DNA of 62,961 nt, the filler included, from Globobulimina sp. (Eukaryota): NCBI GenBank assembly GCA_003354225.1. It is 23 parts of 23 records of this genome, joined end to end, with 100 filler letters (N's around TTAATTAATTAA, not from the genome) between each part and the next. Parts side by side here need not be neighbours in the genome. Positions count along the whole stretch, not along the records: positions 21,951 to 24,593 come from PIVH01005562.1; positions 24,694 to 27,336 come from PIVH01005563.1; positions 27,437 to 30,079 come from PIVH01005564.1; positions 30,180 to 32,821 come from PIVH01005565.1; positions 32,922 to 35,562 come from PIVH01005566.1; 18 more parts are not named here. The stretch is one strand, 5' to 3'. The notes beneath the pieces were generated by a model. That model had not been told where the DNA came from. It did not search any database and worked only from the letters and a program-made list of their open reading frames with translations. A program made the translations under genes and the position numbers. Of the stretch, positions 21,951 through 32,974 are shown piece by piece. How positions within the stretch are numbered: position 1 is the first letter of the stretch; each line of letters begins with the position of its first letter.

Positions 21951-24026
21951 AACTATGTATTTTCAGATAAAACATGCACATTAACTCAAAATGAAATGTC
22001 ATTCAAAAAATTACAATTACAGCCACCATTGTTATATGAAAAAGGAAATTTGGAGTTATTAAAAAAAAATATTAAATATGGATTTTCCTGCTATGGACGA
22101 AGGACATTACCACACTCAAACTCTGTGAGTACTGAGAATGGATCGAATGCATTTGACGGTGAATTAAAATCAAACAATAATTCATCAACCTCCATATGGA
22201 GCGATTTAAGTAGAACCACTATCAATTATACTTCAAAGAGAATATCAGCCATATCGCAAATTGTAGATATTATGGAAGGATTAGCTTTATGTCACAACGT
22301 AACGCCAATGGTCAGCGAGAATGGGAGCATCGATTACCAGGCATCCAGTCCAGATGAAATTGCATTGGTTAAGTTTAGTGAAGAATGTGGTGTGACATTA
22401 ATCTCTCGAAATGACAAAAAAATTAAGTTACGAATCAATACCGGTGATGATAGCGATAATGAATATGTATATTTTGAATATGAGATATTAAATATATTTC
22501 CATTTACATCGGAAAGCAGACGAATGGGCATTATATTGAAGAATGAGAGCGATGACATAATATTCTTGGCAAAAGGTGCAGACAGTATCATGAAATCAAA
22601 ACTATTGAATTGCGAATGGATGGAGGAAGAAGTTGAGAACTTATCGCGTGAAGGTTTAAGAACATTAGTTTTCAGTAAGAAAATCTTATCAGCACAGGAA
22701 TACTTAGAATTTCGAGAAAGGTATGCCACCGCATCCGCTGCAATGACAAACAACAGGGCACAACTAATGGAATCTGTGCGTGAAAGATTAGAACAAGAAA
22801 TGAAATTAATTGGTATTTCGGGCGTTGAAGATAAGTTACAATCAGAAGTGCAATACACATTGGAAGTGTTAAGAAACGCACATATTAAAATATGGATGTT
22901 GACTGGTGATAAAGTGGAGACTGCCAAAGTTATTGCCAGGTCCTCCAAGTTGGTTGCTTATGGACAAGAATTTTTCTCTTTAATTGTCAAAAATACGCGC
23001 GAAGCAATGCACAGATTAGATTTGTTGCGTGCAAATACAGCGATTGTGATTGATGGGAAATCGTTGGAGATTTATTTAAAATTTTGTAGAAAAGAATTTA
23101 TCGAAAACGTAATTGAATCGTCTGTGGTTATATGTTGTCGTTGTACGCCAACGCAAAAGGCAGAAATGGTTGAATTGGTTCAAAGTTATACACAGAAAAT
23201 ATGCGCAGCCATCGGTGATGGCGGTAATGATGTCGCTATGATCCAAACAGCAAATATTGGCATTGGAATAAAAGGCAAAGAAGGACAGCAAGCTTCATTA
23301 GCATCGGATATATCGATTAATAAATTTGAATATTTGTCACGTTTATTTTTATGGCATGGCCGAATCTCATACAAAAATACAGCAAAAATGGCACAATTTA
23401 TAATGCATCGGGGCGCCATCATAGCGTTGATCCAATGTTTATTTAGTTGCATATTTTATTATTCTGCAATACCATTATTTACGGGGTTGGTCGCCGTTGG
23501 ATATGTCTGTATTTATACAGTGGCGCCGGTGTGTACATTGGTGTTAGATTTGGATGTCCAGCCCTATGTTGCCTTATATTATCCGGAATTATACCACGAC
23601 CTACAAAATGGGCTATCGTTAAACAACAAAACGATGTTATTATGGTTATTGCGGTCTGTATTCCAAGCTGGCATTATTATGCTATTTAGTATGATATTAT
23701 TTAATGGCGCCTTTCATAATATTATGACCATCTCGTTCACGGCACTTATTATTACGGAGTTATTTAACATTATCATTGAAATTAAAAATTGGCACTGGGC
23801 AATGATTATTGCTGAAATACTTTCGTTGGCACTTTATTTTCTTTCCATGTATGTTCCGCTTCCAATGATACAGAATTTCTTTGATTTTACATTTGTTTCA
23901 TCCGTTGATTTCTGGTGCAAATCATTACTAACTGGCGCGGTCTCAGTTGCTCCGGCAGCGATTATCAAAATCATTTCAACCAAAGTTAATCCCGCTGCTC
24001 ATGCCAAATTAAGAAGAGTTTTCTGA
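21951..24026 (+). CDS. ATP9: P4-type ATPase (phospholipid flippase), ATP9/Neo1 subfamily, 5'-partial
   Basis: Motifs LALCHNVTP, YQASSPDEIALV, FPFTSESRRMG, EGLRTLV, GVEDKLQ, WMLTGDKVETA, CRCTPTQKA, AIGDGGNDV and WHGR.SYK. The phosphorylation motif reads DKTCTLT. Confidence 0.95.
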   Translation, partial: NYVFSDKTCTLTQNEMSFKKLQLQPPLLYEKGNLELLKKNIKYGFSCYGRRTLPHSNSVSTENGSNAFDGELKSNNNSSTSIWSDLSRTTINYTSKRISAISQIVDIMEGLALCHNVTPMVSENGSIDYQASSPDEIALVKFSEECGVTLISRNDKKIKLRINTGDDSDNEYVYFEYEILNIFPFTSESRRMGIILKNESDDIIFLAKGADSIMKSKLLNCEWMEEEVENLSREGLRTLVFSKKILSAQEYLEFRERYATASAAMTNNRAQLMESVRERLEQEMKLIGISGVEDKLQSEVQYTLEVLRNAHIKIWMLTGDKVETAKVIARSSKLVAYGQEFFSLIVKNTREAMHRLDLLRANTAIVIDGKSLEIYLKFCRKEFIENVIESSVVICCRCTPTQKAEMVELVQSYTQKICAAIGDGGNDVAMIQTANIGIGIKGKEGQQASLASDISINKFEYLSRLFLWHGRISYKNTAKMAQFIMHRGAIIALIQCLFSCIFYYSAIPLFTGLVAVGYVCIYTVAPVCTLVLDLDVQPYVALYYPELYHDLQNGLSLNNKTMLLWLLRSVFQAGIIMLFSMILFNGAFHNIMTISFTALIITELFNIIIEIKNWHWAMIIAEILSLALYFLSMYVPLPMIQNFFDFTFVSSVDFWCKSLLTGAVSVAPAAIIKIISTKVNPAAHAKLRRVF

Positions 24027-24693
24027 TTGGGTCATATTCATTTTTCTATTTAATTTTGTATTTTTTATTTTTTATTTAATGGTACCATCACTTGGTATTG
24101 TTTTAGTTGGTATTGGTTTATATGAATTTTTATAACACCATTTTCAAATAATTGCCCATTCTCAGATTGTGCAACAATAATCTTACACTTTCTACTCCAT
24201 CCAACTCGCAATAAACCACATAAAATGCATGTATTTAAACCAGCAACGCTATGTCTAGAAATAACGAAGAGAAACAGAAACGTTATGAACACTAAAAAGG
24301 AAATGAAATAAATTTGTTTGACACAGACGCACTGATGCAAGTCATGTAACAATTACTGTGATATTTTTGCAATTTCTAGGTAGCTCATCTGATGGCCGAA
24401 CCCCTATGTGACAATTGCACCGAGTTAAAAAAGTCAACAGGTTCTTTGCTTTGGAATATCCCGTTATATGGATTGATAACCTGATTCACACTGTATACTT
24501 TTCAGCATCAATAGAATTAATGAATAGATACTGGCTTTACTTGATTTGACAGTCCGGTTAATTTTGAACCTGATTATACACCGATCACATTATNNNNNNN
24601 NNNNNNNNNNNNNNNNNNNNNNNNNNNNNNNNNNNNNTTAATTAATTAANNNNNNNNNNNNNNNNNNNNNNNNNNNNNNNNNNNNNNNNNNNN

Positions 24694-25772
24694 TTTCTTA
24701 TTTTTTCTAATCTTTTTTCCTTTGTTAATAATACATGCAAACCATTGATATCATGTTTATTGTCATTTTTTAATGAAATATATTTATTATAAACAGTCCA
24801 CATTTTGTCCAATTCATTTATATTTGCAAAAGCGGTCAATATTTGACGCAGATAAATCTTATTATTTATTTCATGCATTTTATTGAACTCAATCTCATTC
24901 AACAAATCCTGCGCTTTTGTTTGATAAATATCCGTTTTAATCTGTGAAAAGGCAATAACTGCCATACAATAACAAGCAAAATCAGGTTTAATTCTTCTTT
25001 CTTCAACAATAACGTTCCAAATATTTATCAATAATTCCTCATTTATCAATATATGTCCTTTCGATTTATGAATGCAAACAATAAATAATTGTAAAACAAA
25101 TGAATCAAATAATTGTGTATATTTTTTTGTATTGATAGTTTGCCAAATATCTGCCACAAAATGTGTCTCTTTGCAACGTATTAAACATTGCAATATTGTG
25201 GACAAAATATAATTATTCAATGTAATATTTTTATATTCATTTATCATTAATTTGTATTCAAACAACATATTATTTACATCGGATAATAAAGCAAATGAAT
25301 GAATAATTGACCACCAATCTTTTACTGTAAAATCCGCGCAATCATATTTATATTTTAATTCATTTATTAATTTATATACATTCTGTTTTGTGTCATCATG
25401 GCCAGATTCATGCACATGTTTTGCCAATATAGTGATCATAAAACAATATGATTTAATTGATGGTGAAACTCCCTCTTTAATCACCAGCTTATTCCATATT
25501 GTTTCACTAATATTTGATGAATATTTATCATTTGTTTTAATTCTTTGGCATCCAAAAAGTAATGTTTTCAGTGTATCATCGCTGAGAAACCTATTATTAT
25601 TATTATTCATCAATAAACTAAAAGCCGACGAGACTTCTCCTTTTTTGCACAAATCAAAGATATTTCCATTAATTTCGTGTTGTGTACGGGATAAATAAAA
25701 TTTGGTATGCAGCACAACCATGTGCTTGAATCGTTGTGTGAGGTATTTGTTTGACAGTACTGGACCAACCAT
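24694..25772 (-). CDS. Divergent PPR-like protein, 3'-partial
   Basis: Helical repeats of about 35 aa: GVSPSIKSYCFMITILAK, WWSIIHSFALLSDV, IKPDFACYCMAVIAFSQ, ILTAFANINELDKMWTVY. Basic presequence-like N-terminus. Confidence 0.7.
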
Positions 25773-25891
25773 TAAAAATAACTAACTATGGCTTGTTTCT
25801 GACATGTAACTCTGTTTCTGACACACAACTCTATTCAATTTTAATTCAGTGAAGATCCTGTTTTATCTCACCTTTCATAACTCACATAAAG

Positions 25892-27127
25892 ATGTCACAT
25901 GCGTTGGATGAAGGCAACACAAACAAAAATGGAGAACGGAACGGATCATTTTGTTTTGAAGAATGGATACTCAAATATAATTTATCAGAGATTAAGGCTT
26001 GTTTTGTTGGAAATGATATGAACAGTTTAAATACACTAAATATGGATAATTGTAATTTTAAGAAATTAATGGCAGATCAACGGGTATTGACGAAATCATA
26101 TTTGATCCCTAAAATCATTGAAGGGATACAATCATTGAAGGAATTAAGACCAACGTTACCGGAAAACAAAGAGAACCATAATGACATAAATAAATTAGTA
26201 TTTATGACAGAAAAAGAGAACAATGTTTTTATTAAAATACAAGATTATGTAAATGAATTAAATGAGTTTGAAAATGAATGGGAAAAAGTAATAAAAAATA
26301 ATTTCGAAACCAAGAAAAACAAAGATTCAAAAAAATTAAAAATATACAAACAATTAAATACAGAAAATCTGGATAAAATGGATAAAAATATTGAAAAATT
26401 ATTTGAAAAATTGCATAATGTATTAGCAGAAAAAGAGAAATTATTAAAACTAAAAATTAAAGAATATAAAACAGAATTTGTTGATATTGAAGACAAATAT
26501 AATGAAAAAATACATCAACTCACAAAGACCGTAAACAGTGCGTTTATTTTAATAGATAATGACAAGAAATATTATAATAATTCAATTAAATTATGTAAAG
26601 AGATAATAAATAAACACCACAATGAATCAAAAATTGGTTTTCAATTTAAATCTAAAAATGAAGAAAGAGAGAAAGAGATTATTGAAATTGGAAAGATAAT
26701 CGATGGAAATTATGATATAAAACATTCAAAATTAATACAAAATAAAAATAGTATGAAGATGTTTATTGAAAAGGATTTAAACGTCAAAATAAGTGAGGAA
26801 AATGGAATATATTTATTGGATATAAATAGACAAATATATGAGCGTATTGTGAGTGATTTAAATGGATGGATATCGATAAAGATTTGTAAGGATAATTTAA
26901 GAAAATGTGTTGATGAAATATTAATTCATGATGATGATGTTAAACAGGACAATGTCGACAGGACAATGATGTTAAACAGGATCAATAATTGGAGCCAATT
27001 CAGCCAAAAAGGTAGAACCCGTGGAATCTCAGGAAGAAGAGGAGGCAGATTGAGAGGAAGCAGAAGAGGCAGAGGGAGGGGGAGAGGCATGCCTCTAATT
27101 TCTCCCTTTCTTGTTGAAAAGGACTAA
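25892..27127 (+). CDS. Hypothetical protein: SAM-like N-terminus, coiled coil, RG-rich tail
   Basis: 411-aa ORF with FEEWILKYNLSEIKACF, K/E-rich heptads and C-terminal GRRGGRLRGSRRGRGRGRG. Confidence 0.7.
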   Translation: MSHALDEGNTNKNGERNGSFCFEEWILKYNLSEIKACFVGNDMNSLNTLNMDNCNFKKLMADQRVLTKSYLIPKIIEGIQSLKELRPTLPENKENHNDINKLVFMTEKENNVFIKIQDYVNELNEFENEWEKVIKNNFETKKNKDSKKLKIYKQLNTENLDKMDKNIEKLFEKLHNVLAEKEKLLKLKIKEYKTEFVDIEDKYNEKIHQLTKTVNSAFILIDNDKKYYNNSIKLCKEIINKHHNESKIGFQFKSKNEEREKEIIEIGKIIDGNYDIKHSKLIQNKNSMKMFIEKDLNVKISEENGIYLLDINRQIYERIVSDLNGWISIKICKDNLRKCVDEILIHDDDVKQDNVDRTMMLNRINNWSQFSQKGRTRGISGRRGGRLRGSRRGRGRGRGMPLISPFLVEKD

Positions 27128-27436
27128 TTCCGTAATTCGAAGCTCTTTATTTTTTTGTGTGTTAAATATTATATTAGCAATGTGACATATTTTTGCAATT
27201 AAAAACAGCTTAAATAAATCAGATTTATTTTAAGGATTATAGTTTGTAGCTGCCTGAGCCTCTGAGGAAAGCACAACATGAACCGAAAGTATGTTTGGTT
27301 TGTTTCAATATCATTCTAACCTACTTTGCAATGGTTNNNNNNNNNNNNNNNNNNNNNNNNNNNNNNNNNNNNNNNNNNNNTTAATTAATTAANNNNNNNN
27401 NNNNNNNNNNNNNNNNNNNNNNNNNNNNNNNNNNNN

Positions 27437-30079
27437 AATGACAGTGCCTCAGAGAACAAGAAGACGAATAAAAACCCGGTGCTAAAACATCTGAATGACA
27501 GTGTGAAGCCCAACGTGCTTATAAATGAGAGCATGGCCAAAGCAAATCTTGTAAATAACGGATCGGATTTAGTCAGTGTCAGTTCTGAGTTTCTGTTATT
27601 TAATCGCAACAAATCTAAATCTGCGAAATCACCCAAACGAAGCTATCGCTCTTCGCCCAAATCCCCGCCACATTCGCCACTTTCGCCACGTTCGCCACAT
27701 ACACCGTCCTCTCCGTATACGCCACGCGGCAAACAATTGAAAACCAAGCGGAAATTGGGCGTGAATACGCGATATATCCATGGCAGCAATTCATCCGATT
27801 CCTCTTCCTCGAGGTCCACAGTGACAGTGTCCAGTACTGGCAGTGCCGTCGCCGTCGCCGTGGCCAACGCCATCACAGTGTCGGTGGCGCAGAATGGCAG
27901 CGTTTACAATGATAATTTCAGCGATTTATACAGCGGCGATGGCAGTGATTTGCAAAGTATATTTGGCGAAGACGCGAGTCCGACCGATGACGCTCCGAAA
28001 TGGCGCAGTGAGCCGTTAGCGTGGTGTCGTTTGCCAGTGGTCGACCATCGACATTGTGTTCGCAAAGGCAATTTCCAATTACATTTATGGAGTGTGCCGA
28101 TATATAAGTACAAGAAAGGTGGCCCCAAAGTGGATCCGTACACCACTGGCTTTTGGAAGAAATTTGGGACGACACGCGACCGCGGCTTGAAAAAGTATGT
28201 CAAGCACAAACTGAAAGGCAGCAGGAAGAAAAAAGCAGATTGGAAGTTTGGCCTCGAAGCCGAGGACAACGAGGATATCATATTAAACATCGAGTTTCCG
28301 CATTTTGTGTTCGATGTTGTGGCGCCTTTGGTCAATCCCCGGCGGCCGGAATACATCGCGCGAAGCATAAAGGCGTATAAACGGCGCGAATTTCCAGGTA
28401 TTGGTGTATGATTTGCGTGAATTATTGTGCAGAAATGCGATGTTGTACATAGGCAAACAAGTGTTGCTGCAAATTGTGGAACAGGATGGCATCACGCCGT
28501 TGGATGACAAGGATAAGATGTTGATCTATAGCAATAAGGAGAAATTGATGCGTTATCCGTCGGCCATCCCGACGTTTTTGCGCAGTGTGGATTGGTTGGA
28601 CTGTGAGCTGCGAATGGAAGCTTACGATTATTTGGAAAGGTGGAAGAAGCCCAGTGATAATCCGGAGGATATGATCGAATTATTACGCTATGAGTTTTGC
28701 GATACTCGCATCCGATTATATGCCATAAACTGCTTGAACCAGCTGGACGATTACACGCTGAATAGGTATTTGTTGCAATTGGTGCAAGCTCTGAAGAATG
28801 AGTTGCATCACAATTCCTTTTTAAGCCGCTTTTTGATGTTCCGCGCGCTGCGCAATCCGCTGCAAATCGGACATTATCTGTTTTGGGCTCTGAAGTCGGA
28901 GTACGATTATTCCAAAGGATGGTGCGAGCGGTTTGGCGTTTTGTTGGAAGAGTATTTGTTGCATTTACCCAATAATTTGGAGAATATCGGCATTCATTAC
29001 AGCAAAGAGATTCTGTATCAAAATAATTTCCTGAAACGGCTGACTTTCTTGTCGCAGCGCATCCAAATGGGCAAGAAACAGAAGATCGGCTCCAATAAGT
29101 TGCACATGTTTTTGTTGCACGAATTGTCGATTTTGAATCAAGAGTTGGGTCACAAGAACAAGTCGTTGACGTTGCCGCTAAATCCCTGCCTTCGGATTAT
29201 CAAATTGAATGTGTCCAAATGTAAGTTCATGTCCTCTGCGAAGGCGCCGCTGTGGCTGGTATTCACCAATGCGGATTCGTACAGTTATTTGTATCCGACC
29301 AACATCGGCATTTCGCGCAACTTCCAGCAAATCGAGCAAGACACATTGGACAAGATCAACGAGTACAAGAAGAAGAAGAAGAAGAAGAAGGGCAAGAAAC
29401 ACGGCAATAACTACAATTATCTGACCGATGAGCAAAACAATAACATCGCCATCAAGCACGACATCCAAGTCATGTACAAATATGGCGACGATCTGCGGCA
29501 AGACATCCTGACCTTGCAGCTGATAGCGGTGATGGACGCGTTTTGGCTGTGCAAGAACTCGGATTTGCGGATGAAGCCATACCAAGTGATCCAGACTGGG
29601 AATCAGAGCGGAATGGTCGAGTTGGTGTTGAATGCAAAGACTACGAACGAGATCCACACCAAACACGGCACGATCAGAGGCGCCTTCAACCACAAAGCGC
29701 ATTTATTGTATCTCAAATCCAACATCAATGCCCGGAACAAGAAGAACCAGAACGGCTACGACATCCTCAAATTGCAAGAAAACTATGCCCGTTCTTGTGC
29801 GGGCTACTCTGTGGCGACCTGGGTCTTAGGGATCGGAGACCGCCATCCCGACAACATCATGATTGATGAGAATGGCGTGATCTTTCACATCGATTTTGGG
29901 CATTTTCTGGGCAATTTCAAGCACAAACAAGTGGGCGGCGGCCTGATCAAATGGAACCGGGAGCGGTCGCCCTTTGTGTTTACGTCGCTGATGAAGTATG
30001 CCATCGACTGTGGCGTGCAAGACGCGCAATTGTACCGCGAATTTGTGCAGTGGATATTCAAGGCGTACTCGGAGATCCG
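27437..30079 (+). CDS. Phosphoinositide 3-kinase catalytic subunit (C2, helical and kinase domains), partial at both ends, 2 exons
   Basis: A 55-nt GT-AG intron at 28398-28452 joins the two ORFs. Motifs YLLQLVQALK.E, IGHYLFW.LKSE, MSSAKAPLWL, K.GDDLRQD, LGIGDRH.DNIM, FHIDFGHFLG and RER.PFV. Confidence 0.95.
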
Positions 30080-30333
30080 NNNNNNNNNNNNNNNNNNNNN
30101 NNNNNNNNNNNNNNNNNNNNNNNTTAATTAATTAANNNNNNNNNNNNNNNNNNNNNNNNNNNNNNNNNNNNNNNNNNNNCATTGCCTGGTTGAGTAAGAA
30201 TGACTTTGCCAAAAACTTTTCAAATAACCAATGACTAGTCATCATTACACACATAATTCTCTTTTAGTGCAAGGATAAAAATGCTACAAACAACAAAAAG
30301 ACTGAACAAAAAAAAAGCAAACAAATGACACTC

Positions 30334-31620
30334 TTAACAAACAAAAAAACCGAATAAAACAAAGAATATAGCAATCATTGCATTGCTTGTGATGGCTGAA
30401 TCGATAATGGCTTCCGTGGTATTACCCGCTTCTGTGGCAACTGGCATTGTAGTATATATTAAATCATTTGCCAATGTATTGGTTGCATCATATTTTAAAT
30501 ATAAAAAATATGTATCCACATCAAAATCTCCATTATCATTTATAGCAACCAAATTTATCACATTTTCATCATCATAAACTGAACCATCATCACCATACAA
30601 AATACTCAACACTTCAAAATTTAAATACTTTACATTCTGAGCCAATGTGCCATTTCCTGTCTCGCTGCCAAATGAAAACAATAATGTTTTCCCGATTGCT
30701 TCCACATTCTTACAGACATCCTCCGACAAAGAATAACATTCCTTTACATAGCTATATGCATCGCTTAAGTCCACCAAATATATTTTATTATCAAAGGGCA
30801 ATGATCCCGCCATCGTAGACGCCCGTTCTAACACTAAACCATACAATTTATCGTTTTTATTCTGAAATATCACCAAATCTGATAATCCAATAAATGCGTC
30901 GGGTGAGGTATATAACGCAGTATCAATTGTATCCAAATCATATCGCAATTCATATAATTCGTTTAAACCAATCTGATTATTATTTGAGTTGACTGCCAAT
31001 GTGTTGACAGATAATCGGATACAATTTGCGCAGAATGATGTATCTGATATCAATGGTTGTTCTGAGCTGTACACAATATAGGTCTGCGTCTCATCAATGG
31101 CTAGTCCTTCCACTCCACGATTACTCTCTGTATTATTTATGTTATATTTTACCGCTAATTCGCTTGACATGGTACTAATATATGTTCCATCCGTTGCATA
31201 TAAATATAATTCGTTTGCGGTACTATACGTATGGTGTCCTTCTTGACCAACAATATAAAATGATTCGGCTTCGTTTTCCGGGTTTTTAATAAATATAATG
31301 GATTCTGAATCCATTGTAGTTAATGATTGCTCATTGCTTGGATCCATTTGATATCCAACACCGGTACTATATGATACTGAGCCTGTTACGTTATTTACGT
31401 CGAAATTAAAGCCATAAAACCCTTTATTGTCCACTAAATCATCGCTAACTGCATAATATGAACCATCCACAGAATTATATGTGATGCCAGATATCTCGTC
31501 CACTTTTAGACCATCAATTAATGCACCTTTTGCTATGGATTCAAATCCATTAAATACCATTTCATCACCTAATACCCCGACAAAATATGATGTGGCTAAC
31601 AGCCAAAAAATGGGACACAT
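30334..31620 (-). CDS. Secreted, membrane- or GPI-anchored phytase-like esterase beta-propeller protein
   Basis: Signal peptide MCPIFWLLATSYFVGVLG. Motifs EISGITY...YYAVSDD, DSESI, NRGVEGL, GLSDL, LVLER, NFE, INDN. T-rich spacer and hydrophobic C-terminal tail. Confidence 0.75.
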   Translation of the reverse strand: MCPIFWLLATSYFVGVLGDEMVFNGFESIAKGALIDGLKVDEISGITYNSVDGSYYAVSDDLVDNKGFYGFNFDVNNVTGSVSYSTGVGYQMDPSNEQSLTTMDSESIIFIKNPENEAESFYIVGQEGHHTYSTANELYLYATDGTYISTMSSELAVKYNINNTESNRGVEGLAIDETQTYIVYSSEQPLISDTSFCANCIRLSVNTLAVNSNNNQIGLNELYELRYDLDTIDTALYTSPDAFIGLSDLVIFQNKNDKLYGLVLERASTMAGSLPFDNKIYLVDLSDAYSYVKECYSLSEDVCKNVEAIGKTLLFSFGSETGNGTLAQNVKYLNFEVLSILYGDDGSVYDDENVINLVAINDNGDFDVDTYFLYLKYDATNTLANDLIYTTMPVATEAGNTTEAIIDSAITSNAMIAIFFVLFGFFVC

Positions 31621-31775
31621 GTTTGAAATATCCTTGAGGCCGCAGGGATGGTATGGATTGGAAAAAAACAGTGAAGAAACACGGTGTGACGAAAAATTCT
31701 CTACGGATTCTTGGAGCAGGGGCCCGCTCCGCCTAGGTATGTAAAAATGCAACTTTTCACTTGGATGCAAATTAG

Positions 31776-32821
31776 CTAATTAAAACTTGAATAAACAGCG
31801 TAGAAGAATGACCAAATCTGACACATTACAGTCATAAACGTCCCATTCATATTTCCATAACAAATTTCAGTCCACATAAATCCCCATATAGCACACGGTG
31901 GAATCATATATAAAATAAATATAAACACAACAAGAATCCATGGTACCTTATTATTCAATTTCCAAACAGTCGCTTGTGCCAATAACCAAAACGGTGCTGC
32001 CAACAAACAAAACACAATAATTGGCAATAAAAACAATACAACGCAAACAAAACCAACTGCAATCCCCATACAAACACCAGCTCCATCACCACCGCCACCG
32101 CCACCATCACAATCACAACAGCCATCACATGAGCCGCCCTGACAACATCCACCACAAATCCCCCCACAAGAACGACAACACTCGGCGCAGTCACCAACAT
32201 TATCTGTATGATACACCAAACAACAAAAACACCCATCACAATGTGCGCCATTACAACAATATCCAATGCCTTTACAAATGTCACCAATACATTCACCACA
32301 TCCACGGCAAACCTCTCGACACTCACAAAATTGACAGCAACCTCTGCAGCAATCAGCATTGCTATCATGTCTATGCACTGACATACTGTCACAATAACAA
32401 CAACATTGGTCACGTCGATAAATCGGTGCATACACAACATCCACAGACGAGCCTCGAACAGCTTTATATTTCTCATTTTCTTTTTTTTCTTCAGCAGCAT
32501 TTTTACCTTCGTCCATTAAGGGATCATCCATTGACGAATATGAGTGTAACTCATCAATCGATACTTGCAAACTACTTTGGTTTTGCTGTTTGGGATTCCA
32601 TGTTTTGGAAGAATTACGGCGACATTTTCTAAACCAACATGAACAATACAATACGTCCGCTATTCGCAAGCCAGTGTATCTCGAAATTATTCGTCGAAAC
32701 GTTTTCCAGCCTTTTAGGAATCGGTACATATGTTTGTGACAAACACGGTTAAAAAATCGAGATTCATATTCCAAAGTATACTCTCGTAAGTTACTGATAA
32801 TTATGACCAAATTGGCAATGC
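31776..32821 (-). CDS. Cysteine-rich membrane protein, 5'-partial
   Basis: Open to the contig edge. A CC/CxxC/Gly-rich tract of about 110 aa is followed by 2-3 hydrophobic helices. Confidence 0.7.
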
Positions 32822-32974
32822 NNNNNNNNNNNNNNNNNNNNNNNNNNNNNNNNNNNNNNNNNNNNTTAATTAATTAANNNNNNNNNNNNNNNNNNNNNNN
32901 NNNNNNNNNNNNNNNNNNNNNTAAATAACCCCCCCCCCCCCCCCCCCACCCTTTTGTAGACATTTGGATCGAGA

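Noticed and set aside
24065-24593. Short ORFs after the ATP9 gene
   Set aside because: No recognisable motif or consistent exon chain, so left unannotated.
32929-32947. 19-nt poly-C run just upstream of the PPR gene
   Set aside because: It is within 30 bp of a contig edge and could be a sequencing or assembly artefact. Nothing supports a function.
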